From contig OX597818.1 in NCBI GenBank assembly GCA_951406725.2, forward strand, positions 41,850,001-41,914,000: 64,000 bases of DNA, in the 5' to 3' direction. Positions within the stretch are counted from its first letter, which is position 1. The number at the start of each line of letters is the position of its first letter. Shown one piece after another: positions 1 through 63,066 of the stretch. Under the pieces are notes generated by a model, which was not told where the DNA came from, did not search any database, and saw only the letters and a program-made list of their open reading frames with translations. Made by a program: the position numbers and the translations under genes. The DNA is from Octopus vulgaris. Lineage: Eukaryota.

Positions 1-20
1 ATATATATACACACACACAC

Positions 21-326
21 ACAAAGGTGAGTCAAAAAGTAATGCCATTTTGTTTAGGACAAGTATAATTACCAACACAGGAACATGTATCATACATCAA
101 AATGAAGCTGGTCCTCTGTGGATCACATCCCTACTTCTCAACATAGTCACCATTTCTCTTAATAGCAATGTTCTACCTTCGAATGAGAGCATGTATCCCT
201 GCCCTGTAAAATTCTATTGACTGTTCTTTGATCCGCTTCTTCGCTACAGTTTTCACTTCCTTGTCACTGGACTATCATCTCTTCGGCCCCATGGAAGAGG
301 CTTTGAGAAGCAAACATTATTCCAGT
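21..326 (-). mobile_element. Mariner transposon 3' remnant
   Basis: Minus strand reads DKEVKTVAKKRIKEQSIEFYRAGIHALIRR*NIAIKRNGDYVEK* (mariner C-terminus); TIR-like caaaggtgagtcaaaaagtaatgcc at ~22-46; DYHLFGPMEEALRSKHYSS on the + strand. Confidence 0.8.
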
Positions 327-338
327 TTGAAATATGTG

Positions 339-369
<31 letters not shown>

Positions 370-370
<1 letters not shown>

Positions 371-592
371 CGTATCTTTGTGACTGTATTTGTACCCCCA
401 TCACCACTTGACAACCAGTATTGGTGTGTTTACATCCTCATAACTTAGTGGTTTGACAAAAGAGCCTGATAGAAGAAGTACTAGGCCTAGAAAATAAGTC
501 CTGAGGGTCAATTTTTGTTCAACTAAAACCCTTCAAGGTGGTGCTCCAACATGGCTGCAGTCAAAGGACTGAAAGAATAAAAGAATAAAGAA
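370..592 (+). mobile_element. SINE 3' body (family 'D'; also 3505-3640 -, 5360-5552 -, 17130-17270 +)
   Basis: Recurrent ...cttgacaacc...gatagaataagtact...cttcaaggcggtgctccagcatggc...gactgaaacaagtaaaaga motif with an A-rich tail. Confidence 0.7.
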
Positions 593-644
593 TGTGTGTG
601 TATATATATATATATATATAATAATTTCTTAAGTAATCAGAAGA

Positions 645-812
645 ATGGGCTTCTTTCAGTTTCTGTCTCCCAAATCCACTCACAGGGCTTTGGTTGGTCT
701 GAGGGTACAGTAGAAGACACTGGCCCAAGGAGCCACACAGTGGGACTGAACCCCGAAACCATGTGGTTTGGAAGCAAGCTTCTTACTACACAGCCACAAC
801 TGTGCCTGCATA
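645..812 (-). mobile_element. tRNA-type SINE head (family 'C'; also 4733-4885 -, 47232-47385 -)
   Basis: Minus strand tggctgtgtagtaagaagc...ggttcagtcccactg...ccttgggc(c/a)agtgtcttc with A/B-box-like motifs; multicopy in the window. Confidence 0.7.
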
Positions 813-1155
813 TGCATATACAGATATGTATGTATGTATGTACATATAGATGGGTGGATGGATGGATGAGTGTGTATATGTTTGTGTGTCCTTGTCTTGA
901 CGTTGCATGATTGTTGTAAAATGATTGTCACTGTCATACAAGCAGTGTCATTTTTTTTTTCAATGTTCTGCAAGAACATGTCTGGTCATGTGCAAATATC
1001 ATCTTGCTTGGAAACAGGTGAGAGTAGAAAATCTGCTTCAGTACTGTCCATCCAAACCATGCATGTACAGAAAACTGAACATTAAAAATTAAAATGATTA
1101 TGATGATGACGTTGATGTAGCTATACACATATGTGTGTTTGTATATGTGTTTGAA

Positions 1156-1207
<52 letters not shown>

Positions 1208-1707
1208 ATAAGTGTAGGTGGCATATGAGTGGGTATATATTTATAAAAAAGAAGTTTGAAAACACCGCTATATAAGATAAATTTTAATTTTCTTGGAGAT
1301 TTTACATGTTTCGGTTCTCCTTGAAAAATGAACCTTATCAAAAATATTTTTAAAAGTGTAATAAAAAGTTCATAATTGTTTCTTACTAGTCTCAACAGAG
1401 TTCATGTGGGGGTGCTTTGTGTGTGTGTGTGTGTGGGGGGAAAGCATAATGGCTGTCTTGTGCGTTGACTAGATTCGTTGGCTGTAATTGTGGAAATGAC
1501 CAGTGGCTGAAATACATACATATATATATATATGTATTATGTAAAAAGCACTAAGTCCACTCTGCTGAGTGGTTGGTGTGAGGAAGGGTATCCAGCTGTA
1601 AAAATCATGCCAAAACAGTCACAGGCTTCTGCCTGGCCGGCTCTTGTGGAACCATCCCATCCATGCTAGCATGGAAAGCAGACGTTAAATGGTGATATAT
1701 ATATATT

Positions 1708-1749
<42 letters not shown>

Positions 1750-2941
1750 TATGTATATAACATAAACCCACACACACGTGTGTGTGTGTGTGTGTGTAGA
1801 TAAGAATATTTATTTAGTTATTTACTTCTATATTTCAGGATATAAATTGTTGCTAGTTTGTAGTGTCTTTGTTAGCAGCTGTGGTATTTCTGTATGCTTT
1901 ATGTTTATTGCTTAATAATTTGAAAAGCAGCATTGCATTATGTAACAGAATATTTTCCTTTCTATACTTATCATGTGAAGAAAGATCACAGCTGGTTATA
2001 AGTTTATGCTTACGTTGCTGTTTCATGATCCATATTTGTCAAGTCAATGTCAAACGTAGTTTGAAATTCATTTTGCTTTATCTCTCTCTTAATATTCAGC
2101 AACAGTTTATGAATATAACCATGTGAGAGCATGCCAAGAGCTAAGCTAGATTCAGCTATATATGTTCTGATAAATCATCATCAAGGGTGATGAGACTCTT
2201 TATCACAGATCTGAAATAAATAAAGTTATTCTTTCAACCACTGGCCATAGACGAGAACAGTCTGAATGTAAATTAAAGTTGATGGAATTTAAAATAAAGT
2301 TGATGCAGATTAAAATAATTTCAAACCAAAGATATAACAAATTGAATCTTTTTTATTTTTTAAATTAAATAATTCCATCAAATGATATTCCCTATGTCTG
2401 TATCTTACGCACAATTAATTATAGTTTAATTTTATCTTATGATAGTTATTGAACAAATATGAAAAATCTTTCAAGAAATTAACAGAATTTTCTGTTTTGA
2501 AAATACAAAACACAGTTACTGCAACTGTTAACACACTTGCATCAGTGAAATTATTCTTCTATAAAGATGACTTGCTATAGTTTATTGAGATAGACAACCC
2601 ATATTTTGAATGTATATGATCACAAAGTTTCTTCAATAATAATTGTGAGCATTCATTAAATCACTCAACAAGTAGAAACTCAATTTGTTTATGTTCTATC
2701 ATCTTGACCTTTCTATGGATACCTGCATGATGCAAATGAGATGCGCAATTCTGACAATTATATGTTGTATATTTCTAAACTCCACATGCAGTACCAATGG
2801 GCTCCCATCTGATCTTCTCATTCAGTGCAGACAGTACACACATATGAATTCCAGGTGCAGACTTCTTGTATAACCCTGATTCTTTCCCTGTTTGACTTTT
2901 GTAATCCATGATTAAATGCCACCTTATAGGCCTAAGTTTAA

Positions 2942-3162
2942 CCCTTTTGATACCAACTTGCCTGAAACCACCACTGACTCTGTAGTACAAATGTCTTGTT
3001 TTCAAACTTCTGAATTAAAATCTTCCACCAAACCTTAGTCACAATTTATGTTCCTAACACTAACTGAATGATAACTAAATTATTTTACTAAATTCTTTGT
3101 TATATTTAAAATTAATTGAAAGAAACACAGAGTATTTCAACAGAAATATAGTAACAAAAGGA
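2942..3162. mobile_element. TTAA-flanked (piggyBac-like) MITE, family 1
   Basis: TTAA|CCCTTTTGATAC...GTAACAAAAGG; similar to the copies at 26875 and 28218. Confidence 0.75.
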
Positions 3163-3854
3163 TAAATAATGAAATGCATTTAGGTTTGAAGTGAATTGAA
3201 ACACTAATCTACCAGGTTATGGATGTGTGTGTGTGCTCATATACTTGTCTATATATTTGTATAACTTAGATTGTGTGTAATGGTGGAAATGAATGTAAAT
3301 ATCTTAAAGGTGTTTATGTTAATATAGAAATGTAACACTCTAAAATAGGTAAATTCAAACTTTTGATAAATAGTAAGACACAACAAAACAAAAAACCCTT
3401 CTTGGCAAAGACCCAATATGACACAGTTTAGTTACAGAAAGTAGTGGAAAAAAAAAAGAAACAATGTAAAAATGCTGTGTTAAGTAGAGCTATTGAGCAT
3501 TTATCTTTTACTTGTTTCAGCTTATTGGACTGTGGCCATGTTGGGGTCAATTCATTTGACAAGGGTTTAGTCAAACAAATTGACTCCCCAGTACTTCTTT
3601 TGAAGTCTGATACTTATTCTATCTGTTTCTTTTGCACAAGGGGCTTAACCCCATGGATGTCTTGTCAGACTCTAAAGCTGATTTTGTCTTCAGCTATAGA
3701 GTCTGACTAGATGTCCATAGAGCTAAGCTCCTTCTGGATGCAAAACCATTGGTCACTCTATGACCAGACATAGGCTTAACAACATATAAATACATTTGCT
3801 CTATGCTTTAGAGTGTGCTTTTTGGGATATATGATACATTGATAATGATATCTG

Positions 3855-4715
3855 CTGGTAACAAAGGGCCTCTCACTCAGAGTGAAAGGTAGACTGTATA
3901 ATGCATGTGTGTGAATAGCCATGCTACACAGCAGTGAAGCATGAGCTGTGACTGCTCAGGACATGCGTGGGCTTGAAAGGAATGAAGCTGGTATGATTCA
4001 CTGGATGTGTAATGTCAGTGTGCATACATGATAGAGTGTAAGTGTCCTGAAATAAAAGTTGGACACAAGAAGCATCAGATGTGGTATGCAAGAGAGACGA
4101 CTGCGCTGGTATGGTCACACCCTAACAGTGGAGGGACTTTTGGAAGAGGTAGACCCAAGAAGACATGGGATGAGGTGGTGAAGCACAACCATTGAATTGA
4201 ATTGATCGATGCCAGTGTCACATAAAAGTACTCTTCCATCATCAGGCTGTGCTTGAGAAGACCTGTTGAGTCAAGTGAAATTGTAGTTGTGGCTGTTGCC
4301 AGTGTCACCTGAGTGGCTCCTGTGCCGGAGGCACATAAAAAGCACCATTCAGGTATGGTCAATGCCAGTGTTGTGTGACTGGCTCCCGTGCTGGTGGCAC
4401 GTAAAAAGCACCATTCAGGTATGGTCAATGCCAGTGCTGCCTGACTGGCCCCCATGCTGGTGGTGTGTAAAAAGCACCATTTGAGCGTGGTCAATGCCAG
4501 TGTCATCTGACTGGCTCCCATGCTGGTGGTATGTAAAAAGCACCCACTACACTCTTGGAGTGGTTGGTGTTACGAAGGGCATCCAGCTGTAGAAACCTTG
4601 CCAAATCAGATTAGAGCCTGGTGCAGCCTCCTGGCTTGCCAGTCCTCAGTCAAACCATCCAACCTATGCCAGCATGGAAAACAAATGTTAAACGATGATG
4701 ATGATGATAATGATG
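3855..4715 (+). mobile_element. 5'-truncated RTE-clade LINE (RT C-terminus + minisatellite 3' UTR + (GAT)n tail)
   Basis: Degenerate VTKGLSLRVKGRLYNACV*IAMLHSSEA...LERNEAGMIHWMCNV, then ~59-bp tandem units and the conserved tail ...gcatggaaa...gttaaacgatgatgat. Confidence 0.8.
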
Positions 4716-5007
4716 ATCTCATACATGATGAGTTTTTTTCAGCTTCTGTCTACCAAACCCACTTACAAAGCATAACCCATGGCCATAGTAGAAGACACTT
4801 GCTCAAGGTTTTGCACAGTGGGACTAAACCTGAAACCATGTGGTTACAAAGTGAGCTTCTTAACCACACACCCATATCTGCACCTAATACATATTCATAA
4901 CATTTCCTTATGTTAAAGAAAAAACTATGAAGCAAAATAATGCTTTAAACTTTGTAATTATTTTTCATTAAGTAAGTCTTAATTTTGTTTATTTTCTACT
5001 CTTCCAG

Positions 5008-5224
5008 CCATCAAACACTCCTGAAGTAAAAAACAAAGAACAAAGCAAAGAAGAGAAAAAAAAAGCAGTCCAGCAATAGTAAAGTTAATGAGATTATGCC
5101 TGTAAAATTAAAAATATTGTTGGCCAGCTGGGACTTGCTTGTGACCAACAATAATATAGCTACACCATTTTTGGTGTTCACCAGGTTACACTGATGACCA
5201 GAATGAAGCTGTTTTGACTGCTTC
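5008..5224 (+). other. NAA60: Probable 5' UTR part of the ATG-containing exon (upstream exons/promoter not identified)
   Basis: Strong acceptor ttttgtttattttctactcttccag| ending at 5007; an alternative acceptor tttttggtgttcaccag| ends at 5184. Confidence 0.55.
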
Positions 5225-56267
<51,043 letters not shown>

Positions 56268-57860
56268 CTATCACCCAGTATTTTAGTGTTTCTTAGTTTT
56301 TCATTTATTGCTAAAGATCAAATGTTGTGCTCCCTTCTCACTTTTGTTGCACATATTCAGTTTTTTTTAATTAATTTTTTTTTTATTTTAGCATTTTAAT
56401 TTTTTTTAAATACACTTTAAAACAGTTCATATTAAGTTTATAAATATTTATTTTAAATTAAACCTTTTTTCAAATTTTTGGAACTATTTCATTTCAAATT
56501 TGTTGACAATGAACCTATTTCACACTGGCACAAAATTTGTTAAAAAAAAACAAGCTATCTTCTCAGTTCTGTAAGCATTCTGTACAAACCAAATATTGAA
56601 CTTTCCTCAAAATGTGTAAATAAGGATTTTGCTCTCTTTGTTATTATATTATTCCTAGATATTAAAAATATATTATTTATTAATAGTAGAAACAGTAATA
56701 AAAATAACATTTACATTTATATCTTGTTGCCAGTTACTATTTTTCTTTTTTTGCTATGAAACTTATCACATCTGTTTCTTTAATCTTATTTATAAATATA
56801 TTTATTTAACTTTATTTGTTGTTATATTTTTACAGACTAAGGCATAGATTTAATGTTAATGCTAAATTTATATCTGTTCCTTTTTATGTTGTTTGTATAG
56901 ATCCAGGTTAACCCTGATCAAAGAAACCTGTTTTTTTTTTTGCTTTTTGTATTTGTGATATTATTTTTATGTTGTTTGCTTGTTTTTTTATTTTATGAAT
57001 ATCTGATTTGCTCACATTTCACCAAGTAAAATATCACATATTTGTTATATTCACTTAGAAATAAATATGTAGGTGACATTTTAAAAACTTGAGAAAATTT
57101 ATCACTGTATAAAAAATTGAAAATACATTTTTAAAACCAACTAAATGTGAAAATTAAGGGAAACAAAGATGATAAATGATAAACAATTTCTAAAATATTC
57201 ACTGTTTCAAACGCATAAGTTTAGAACCATTTAGCAGATTCCTGAATTTTTTAGGGTTTATTAATCAAATGGATAAACTAAATATATATTAGTTAATTCT
57301 CCTTCAAATATTCTGAAAAAGACATATTTGTTATATGTTGAAATATCTTGCTTTCATTTGAATGTATTTAAATTTTCATTTTGTGAATAGAATTCAAATC
57401 ATCATATATTCAGAATCAGATATGAAAACAGTATTATTACTTTAAATAACAGTTTTCTATTGAACAAAATATATTCACTGTGATATCCTTTTCTCTCAAA
57501 TACTTAGTAACATTTGTGAGGCATTGATATAATCTGGTGTTGGCAATGAGAAATATATGTATTTGCTGCCAAAATTCTTCAATCAATAATGAAACACTTT
57601 AAGATTGAATGGTTTCTGAGCTTAGACATCATTCCAGAAATTTTTCATCAGATTGAGATAAGAGATTGGTCCAGGATATTAGTCTAATTTTTTTTTTATT
57701 AGAAATGAACTACTTCACTGAATGTGCAGTGTTTGGGGTCATCACACATCAGTATTTATTTCTGTGGCAAATGATTATTGAAGCAAAAGGATGTCTCTCA
57801 ATATGCCTATATACACTTCTTGAGCCATGGTGCTAGGGATACAATAAATAAAATCAGTTT
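56268..57860 (+). other. NAA60: Probable NAA60 3' UTR (end undefined)
   Basis: U/A-rich, repeat-poor sequence after the stop; AATAAA at 56697-56702 and around 57843-57852. Confidence 0.45.
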
Positions 57861-59679
57861 CTTGAGTTGAGCCCCACCAACTATGACACAACCTCTGCTT
57901 CCATTCATACAGCATTGGAAACAGCTGAGATTCAGTTCCTCACCAGGATGATGCCTGACATAACATCAGCAGATATAAACTGGTTGAACCTGGATCTACT
58001 CATACAATTCACACCACTCAGCAAAGATTCAATCTATGTGAGCCCTAGTGAATTTAAGGAACAATTTTTTGTTCTTCAGAGAAATGAAAAGCTTATCCTC
58101 ATTTTCTCTGAATTGCTTAAGCCCTCTGCCAACAGCTGTTACTGACTCCCTTTAATGCAAACTGCAGCAAGTGGTTGACCTCTGACAGTCTGTGTATGTC
58201 TCCTGGGTCTTCTACTTTTAAGGTGGTCATGCTAGCTGCCTGTATTATTGAAGGATGCTCAGTATTGTGCTTGTAGCCAGCCCCATCCTCATATAGCTGA
58301 ACAGTTTCTATGTTTTGTAGCAAAATACTACAAAAAATACTATGAAATCAGAATTGGGACAAATTTAGCAATTTAAAAAAATTTTTGTGGTCTAAACTTA
58401 TGAACTACCCAAGACTTTTGATCAAATAATTTAATTAAAGGTATGAACAAGCAAATTTTTATAATCTATTTTAAGCATTTGTTAATGTCTTTATATTACT
58501 TTGTTTATTGGGTTTATTTGAAAACTTTAAAATTATCAAAAATTAAAAAAATGTGCACTATAGCTCTAAACTTATGGTGGTCACTATATTTGTTGTGACA
58601 CCTAGCAATGGGCGAATGTAAAGAAGTTTAAAATTTTATCTCAGCAATTTCATTAATGCTTTATAGTCAGAGGATGTAAAATTTGGATTTATAATACCTG
58701 CTCAAATTGGGAAGAAATGGTAGCTATGCAAAAATATCGTTCCAGTATATAATTTTAGCTTAGGCGAACACCAGTGGGCAGAGGGCCAGCTCTGAGCTAA
58801 ATCTGTAATAATATTTCAGCCCCCAGTTGTAGCAATTCCACTTTGATCATATTACCACTAACCTTGGGGTGAGCATAAATATTACAATTCCTTTAGATTG
58901 AAGAAAGCAAGAAGGTAATCGCTTCAGTGTGTACCCATTAACACTGAGGCATTAGGATTCTTGTAGACATCTTGTCTGAAAATGAATATTCTTTTAACAT
59001 CTGATTTATTGCAAACACATCATGTTAGCTATAAATAAGTTCTTACATTAGTACAAGATCACATGTCTGTAGAAGGTGAAGAAACAGTCAATTAAAATGA
59101 TATTTTTTAACATGTAATTTATTACAAACACATCATGTTATCCTTAAGAAGATTTTACATTGGTACAAAATCACATGTTTGTAGGAGAGGTGTATATAGT
59201 GAATTAAATTAGCTCTAGTGAATGCATAGAACTTGATATTAGATGTTATAAACTCTAATCTGAGGCAGAAGAAGCCAACAGATCTCAACAAGATGTTTGA
59301 TTTAAGTCTCATCAATATTACTCTTTCCTCTCACAAAATTGTGTCTATAATGACTATTTTTATTTACAGAAAAATTGTGGCAGTTAATTAATGTTTACTA
59401 CATACATTATTAACCTCTGAGAGTTGAAGTTGAAATCAATATTTAGTGAAATAACATTACATATTATAGGAATTTAGTCTATTGTTTTTCTAGTTTACTG
59501 TCTTTATGAGAAATGGGACGTTGTGATGCTCATGAATGCCCCAGGGGTACTAGTGGCATAATTAAGGTGAAATGGGTTCAAATGAGAATTCATATTGCAT
59601 CATGTTCTAGGCTTGCTAGCAATTTACCTTTTGCTTCACATTACTCATCATATTGATGACAATAACAATAATAATAATG

Positions 59680-60108
59680 TTTTCAAATTTTGCCACAAGA
59701 GCAGCCGTTTTTGTGGGATGGGATAAGTTGATTACATCGACCCCCAGCGTTTCGTTGGTACTTAATTTATCAACCCCCAAAATATGAAAGGCAAAAATCA
59801 ACCTTGGCGGAATTTGAACTCAGAACGTAAAAACAAGAGAAATATCGCTAAGCATTTCATCCAACATGTAAATGATTCTGTCAGCTTGCCATCTTGATTT
59901 CAAGTTTTGGCACATGGCCAGCAATTTTGGGGAAGAGTTGTATTGATTGCATCAATCCCAGCACTTAACTGGTACTTATTTTATTGACCCTGAAAGGGTG
60001 AAAGGCAAAGTTGACTTTAGTAGAATTTGAACACAGAATGTAAAGATGGAAAAAATGCCACTAAGCATTTTTCCCAGTGTGCTAATGATTCTACCAGCTC
60101 ACTGCCTT
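59680..60108 (-). mobile_element. Two tandem SINE family B-related copies
   Basis: ggtacttaatttatc...gaaaggcaaa...aatttgaactcagaa...ctaagcattt...ccagctcactgcc, twice. Confidence 0.75.
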
Positions 60109-60128
60109 AATAATAATAATAATAATAA

Positions 60129-60580
60129 AGATGGGTTACAGCAAATATTCTCCTCACTACCATAGATTTGCTTGTCAGTTGTTTGACCTTAACCAGTTGA
60201 GTATGTCCCTTAGTGGCTGACAATATGTGCATTTCTGATCACGAGCAGAAGTAGATGGGAAGTATCATAGCCATGTGTTGAGAGGAATTCTTTGGGGTTT
60301 GAATAATTCACCTCTGGAAACATGGATGTTTTGTTCAACATCCTTAAATAACCCTTATTTGGAGACCTTTTGAAAGGGATGGGCTACTCAAACTGAAGAA
60401 AATTCTAGCTGCAAGGTCATGTGCAGTTTATTTTGATATGAGATCACCATGCCGTGCACAGATGGTTGTGATGCATGTGCCTGGTGTACACTTGACAGAT
60501 GGGTAGTCATGGTGCGTATTATGGGCTTCGTATATTTGTACCCCAGTGTCACTTTGATGGCATGCACTGTTCTCTCACTC
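60129..60580 (+). mobile_element. Probable retroelement 3' end inserted in a (TAA)n tract
   Basis: Higher-GC block flanked on both sides by (TAA)n. Confidence 0.45.
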
Positions 60581-61603
60581 AATAATAATAATAATAACAA
60601 TAATTTGGTTGCTAAAAAAGAAATAGTCTGATTTGTTGGGAAGGTTGCTAGCAATTTTATTAGTTTATTATTCCTCGCCTCCCCACAAATTTGTCTTTTA
60701 GTTTTCCAATACATTGTTTCTGAAATATGATAACATTTCTACATCAGATTAGAGGGATGCTGGACTAGATTCTGAATAATATTTAGCTTCTCTGGTTTCT
60801 CAATTCAAATTCTGCCAAGATCAATTTTATTTTTCCCGCTTCTTCAAAGAAAAGATCAATAAAATAGCTGCTAATAATACACAGGGATTTATTTAAGCAG
60901 TTATACGTCTCTCCCCTACAAAAACCAACACACTGTGCCTTAGTAAGAAACCAATATTTTATGTTGGATTATAAATTTCCATGATTTTTTTCTTTTTTAT
61001 TCTTTTTTATTTTTATTGTTTTTTTAGTATGACCTATGATGTTATTTTTATATTAAATCTTAAAATGATATATCTTTTTGCTTTAAAATATTTTTTTAAT
61101 ATTAAACCTCTGTGTGTATGAATAAATCTATTTATGCATGGAGGCATGTATATACATATATATATATTTATGCATGAATGCATGTATGTATGTATTTATG
61201 TATGAATGCTGGTATGTCTGTTTCTATGCATGCATGCATTATGTATGTGTGCATGAATGTATAACTACACAGCTAAATATATTAAACGTTGGCTGCTTAA
61301 CAACAGACAAGAGTGTGCATCATATATTCTTTTTCCCTATTTTTTCCTTTTTATGCCTTCATTAAGGGTTTCTTTTTATTCCTATCTACTGTAGAAAATA
61401 TATACGCAATGTTGTTGATGTTTGCAAGTGATATTATCCAAAAAAAAAAAAAAAAAATCATTATTTCATTGATAAACATCACAGAGAAAAGATATTACTT
61501 TTTTGTTTTTTATCCAATATGCAATATTGATTGTTGAATTTATTCCCTAATTTATCTAAATTATCAATATATACAAATATTATTTTCTTTTAGATTTCTC
61601 TTA

Positions 61604-61651
61604 TCTGTTTGTCTGTCTGTCCGTCCGTCCGTCCGTCCATCTAACCGTCCA

Positions 61652-61717
<66 letters not shown>

Positions 61718-61892
61718 CGTCCGTCCGTCCGTCCGTCCGTCCGTCCGTCCGTCCGTCCGTCCATCCGTCTGCCTGTCTATCTGTCTGTCTATCTGTCTAT
61801 CTATCTATCTTGCTAGCTAGCTGGCTGGCTAGCTATGTTTCTTTCTTTCTTTCTCTCTTTCTTTCTTTCTTTCTGTATGTCTGTCTGTCTGC
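61604..61892. repeat. Compound tetranucleotide microsatellite (GTCT/GTCC/ATCT/CTTT)
   Basis: Visible directly. Confidence 0.95.
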
Positions 61893-62301
61893 TTCTCATT
61901 CTCTATGTATGTGTATATCATCATCATCATTCATATGTCCTCTTTTCATGCTGGCATGGACAGGATCCACTGGGTGGGGTGCGGTGGGGGATTATATCTT
62001 ACACCAGTGTCTCAGTTTTGTCATGACTTCCACGGCTGGCTGCCTTTCTTATACCAACCACTTTGGAGAGTGTATTAGATGCCTTTTTTGTGGCACTGTC
62101 AATTGTAAGACCACCATGTAACTTGCAAGACTCACGCATATATAAATGTATGCATACATATATACGCACACATACAGACACAAACATATGCACACACACA
62201 CACACACACACACATTTATATATATATATATATACCGGAGTAATCACATAAAATGTGAAACAAGGTGGAAAAAAGAGTACTCAAATACCAGGGGTAGAGT
62301 A

Positions 62302-62500
62302 ATATGCTTTATTTAAAAGTAGCAGAAATACAACAAAACCTGTTACTCGGAGTTTCACGTTACCGTTCGTCGGACAGTTTTAGTTAAAAAAAAAAGATTA
62401 AAAAAAATTTTTTTTTAACAAAAACTGTCTGACAAATGGGAACGTGAAACTCCGAGTAACAGGTTTTGTTGAATTTCTGCTGCTTTTAAATGAAGTATAT
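62302..62500. repeat. ~90-bp-arm inverted repeat carrying a hammerhead-like motif in each arm (Penelope-type terminus)
   Basis: Arms 62302-~62395 and ~62408-62500 are reverse complements with a few mismatches. Confidence 0.8.
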
Positions 62501-63027
62501 ATATATATATATAGATATGCCACAGAACCTTCCCAAAACAAGGCACCAATATCTAAGCATTATCTGAGCTTAATAAGATCCTCTGGGAAGAAAAACAACC
62601 AATATCAATGTAAGTAATCCCCACAAACCATGAATCCACAAACACTTTCCCACTTTACTAGAATGAAGAACAACTCAGAATAATGAGTCTAAGATATAAA
62701 AATACACAAGCAAGCATAACAAATATGTATTTCCATCATCAGCAGCCAAATGGATATTACAATGGTTTTGACACCTGGGCAGTCTGGCAGTGTCAGCAGC
62801 ATTAAAAGCATACATTTGTCTTGAAATCTTTAGTAATCAGCAGGAGTGAAAAATTATCTGAAGAAAAGGTCTGTTTTTACTTTGATTCCCCATAAAGAAT
62901 AGTCAATTTTGGTTGAAATTGTTAAACTGTTGAGATTTTAGTGATAATTAGTAAGGTCCTTTTAAAATATTATTGTTGATTAAACACATCCAAAAACACT
63001 CAAACTCAAATACATCTACACTCGTAA

Positions 63028-63066
<39 letters not shown>

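Noticed and set aside
4285-4545. Repeat-spacer-like arrays resembling CRISPR
   Set aside because: The spacers are homologous to each other, the arrays are part of a retroelement 3' UTR, the context is eukaryotic and there are no cas genes
5192-5206. In-frame UGA codons upstream of the ATG as a selenocysteine or read-through N-terminal extension
   Set aside because: The upstream peptide has no NAA60 similarity, ATG 5225 matches the orthologous start, and no SECIS was recognised
57867-58323. Non-repetitive ORFs of 92 and 68 aa downstream of NAA60
   Set aside because: Non-ATG starts, no recognisable domain and no convincing splice signals
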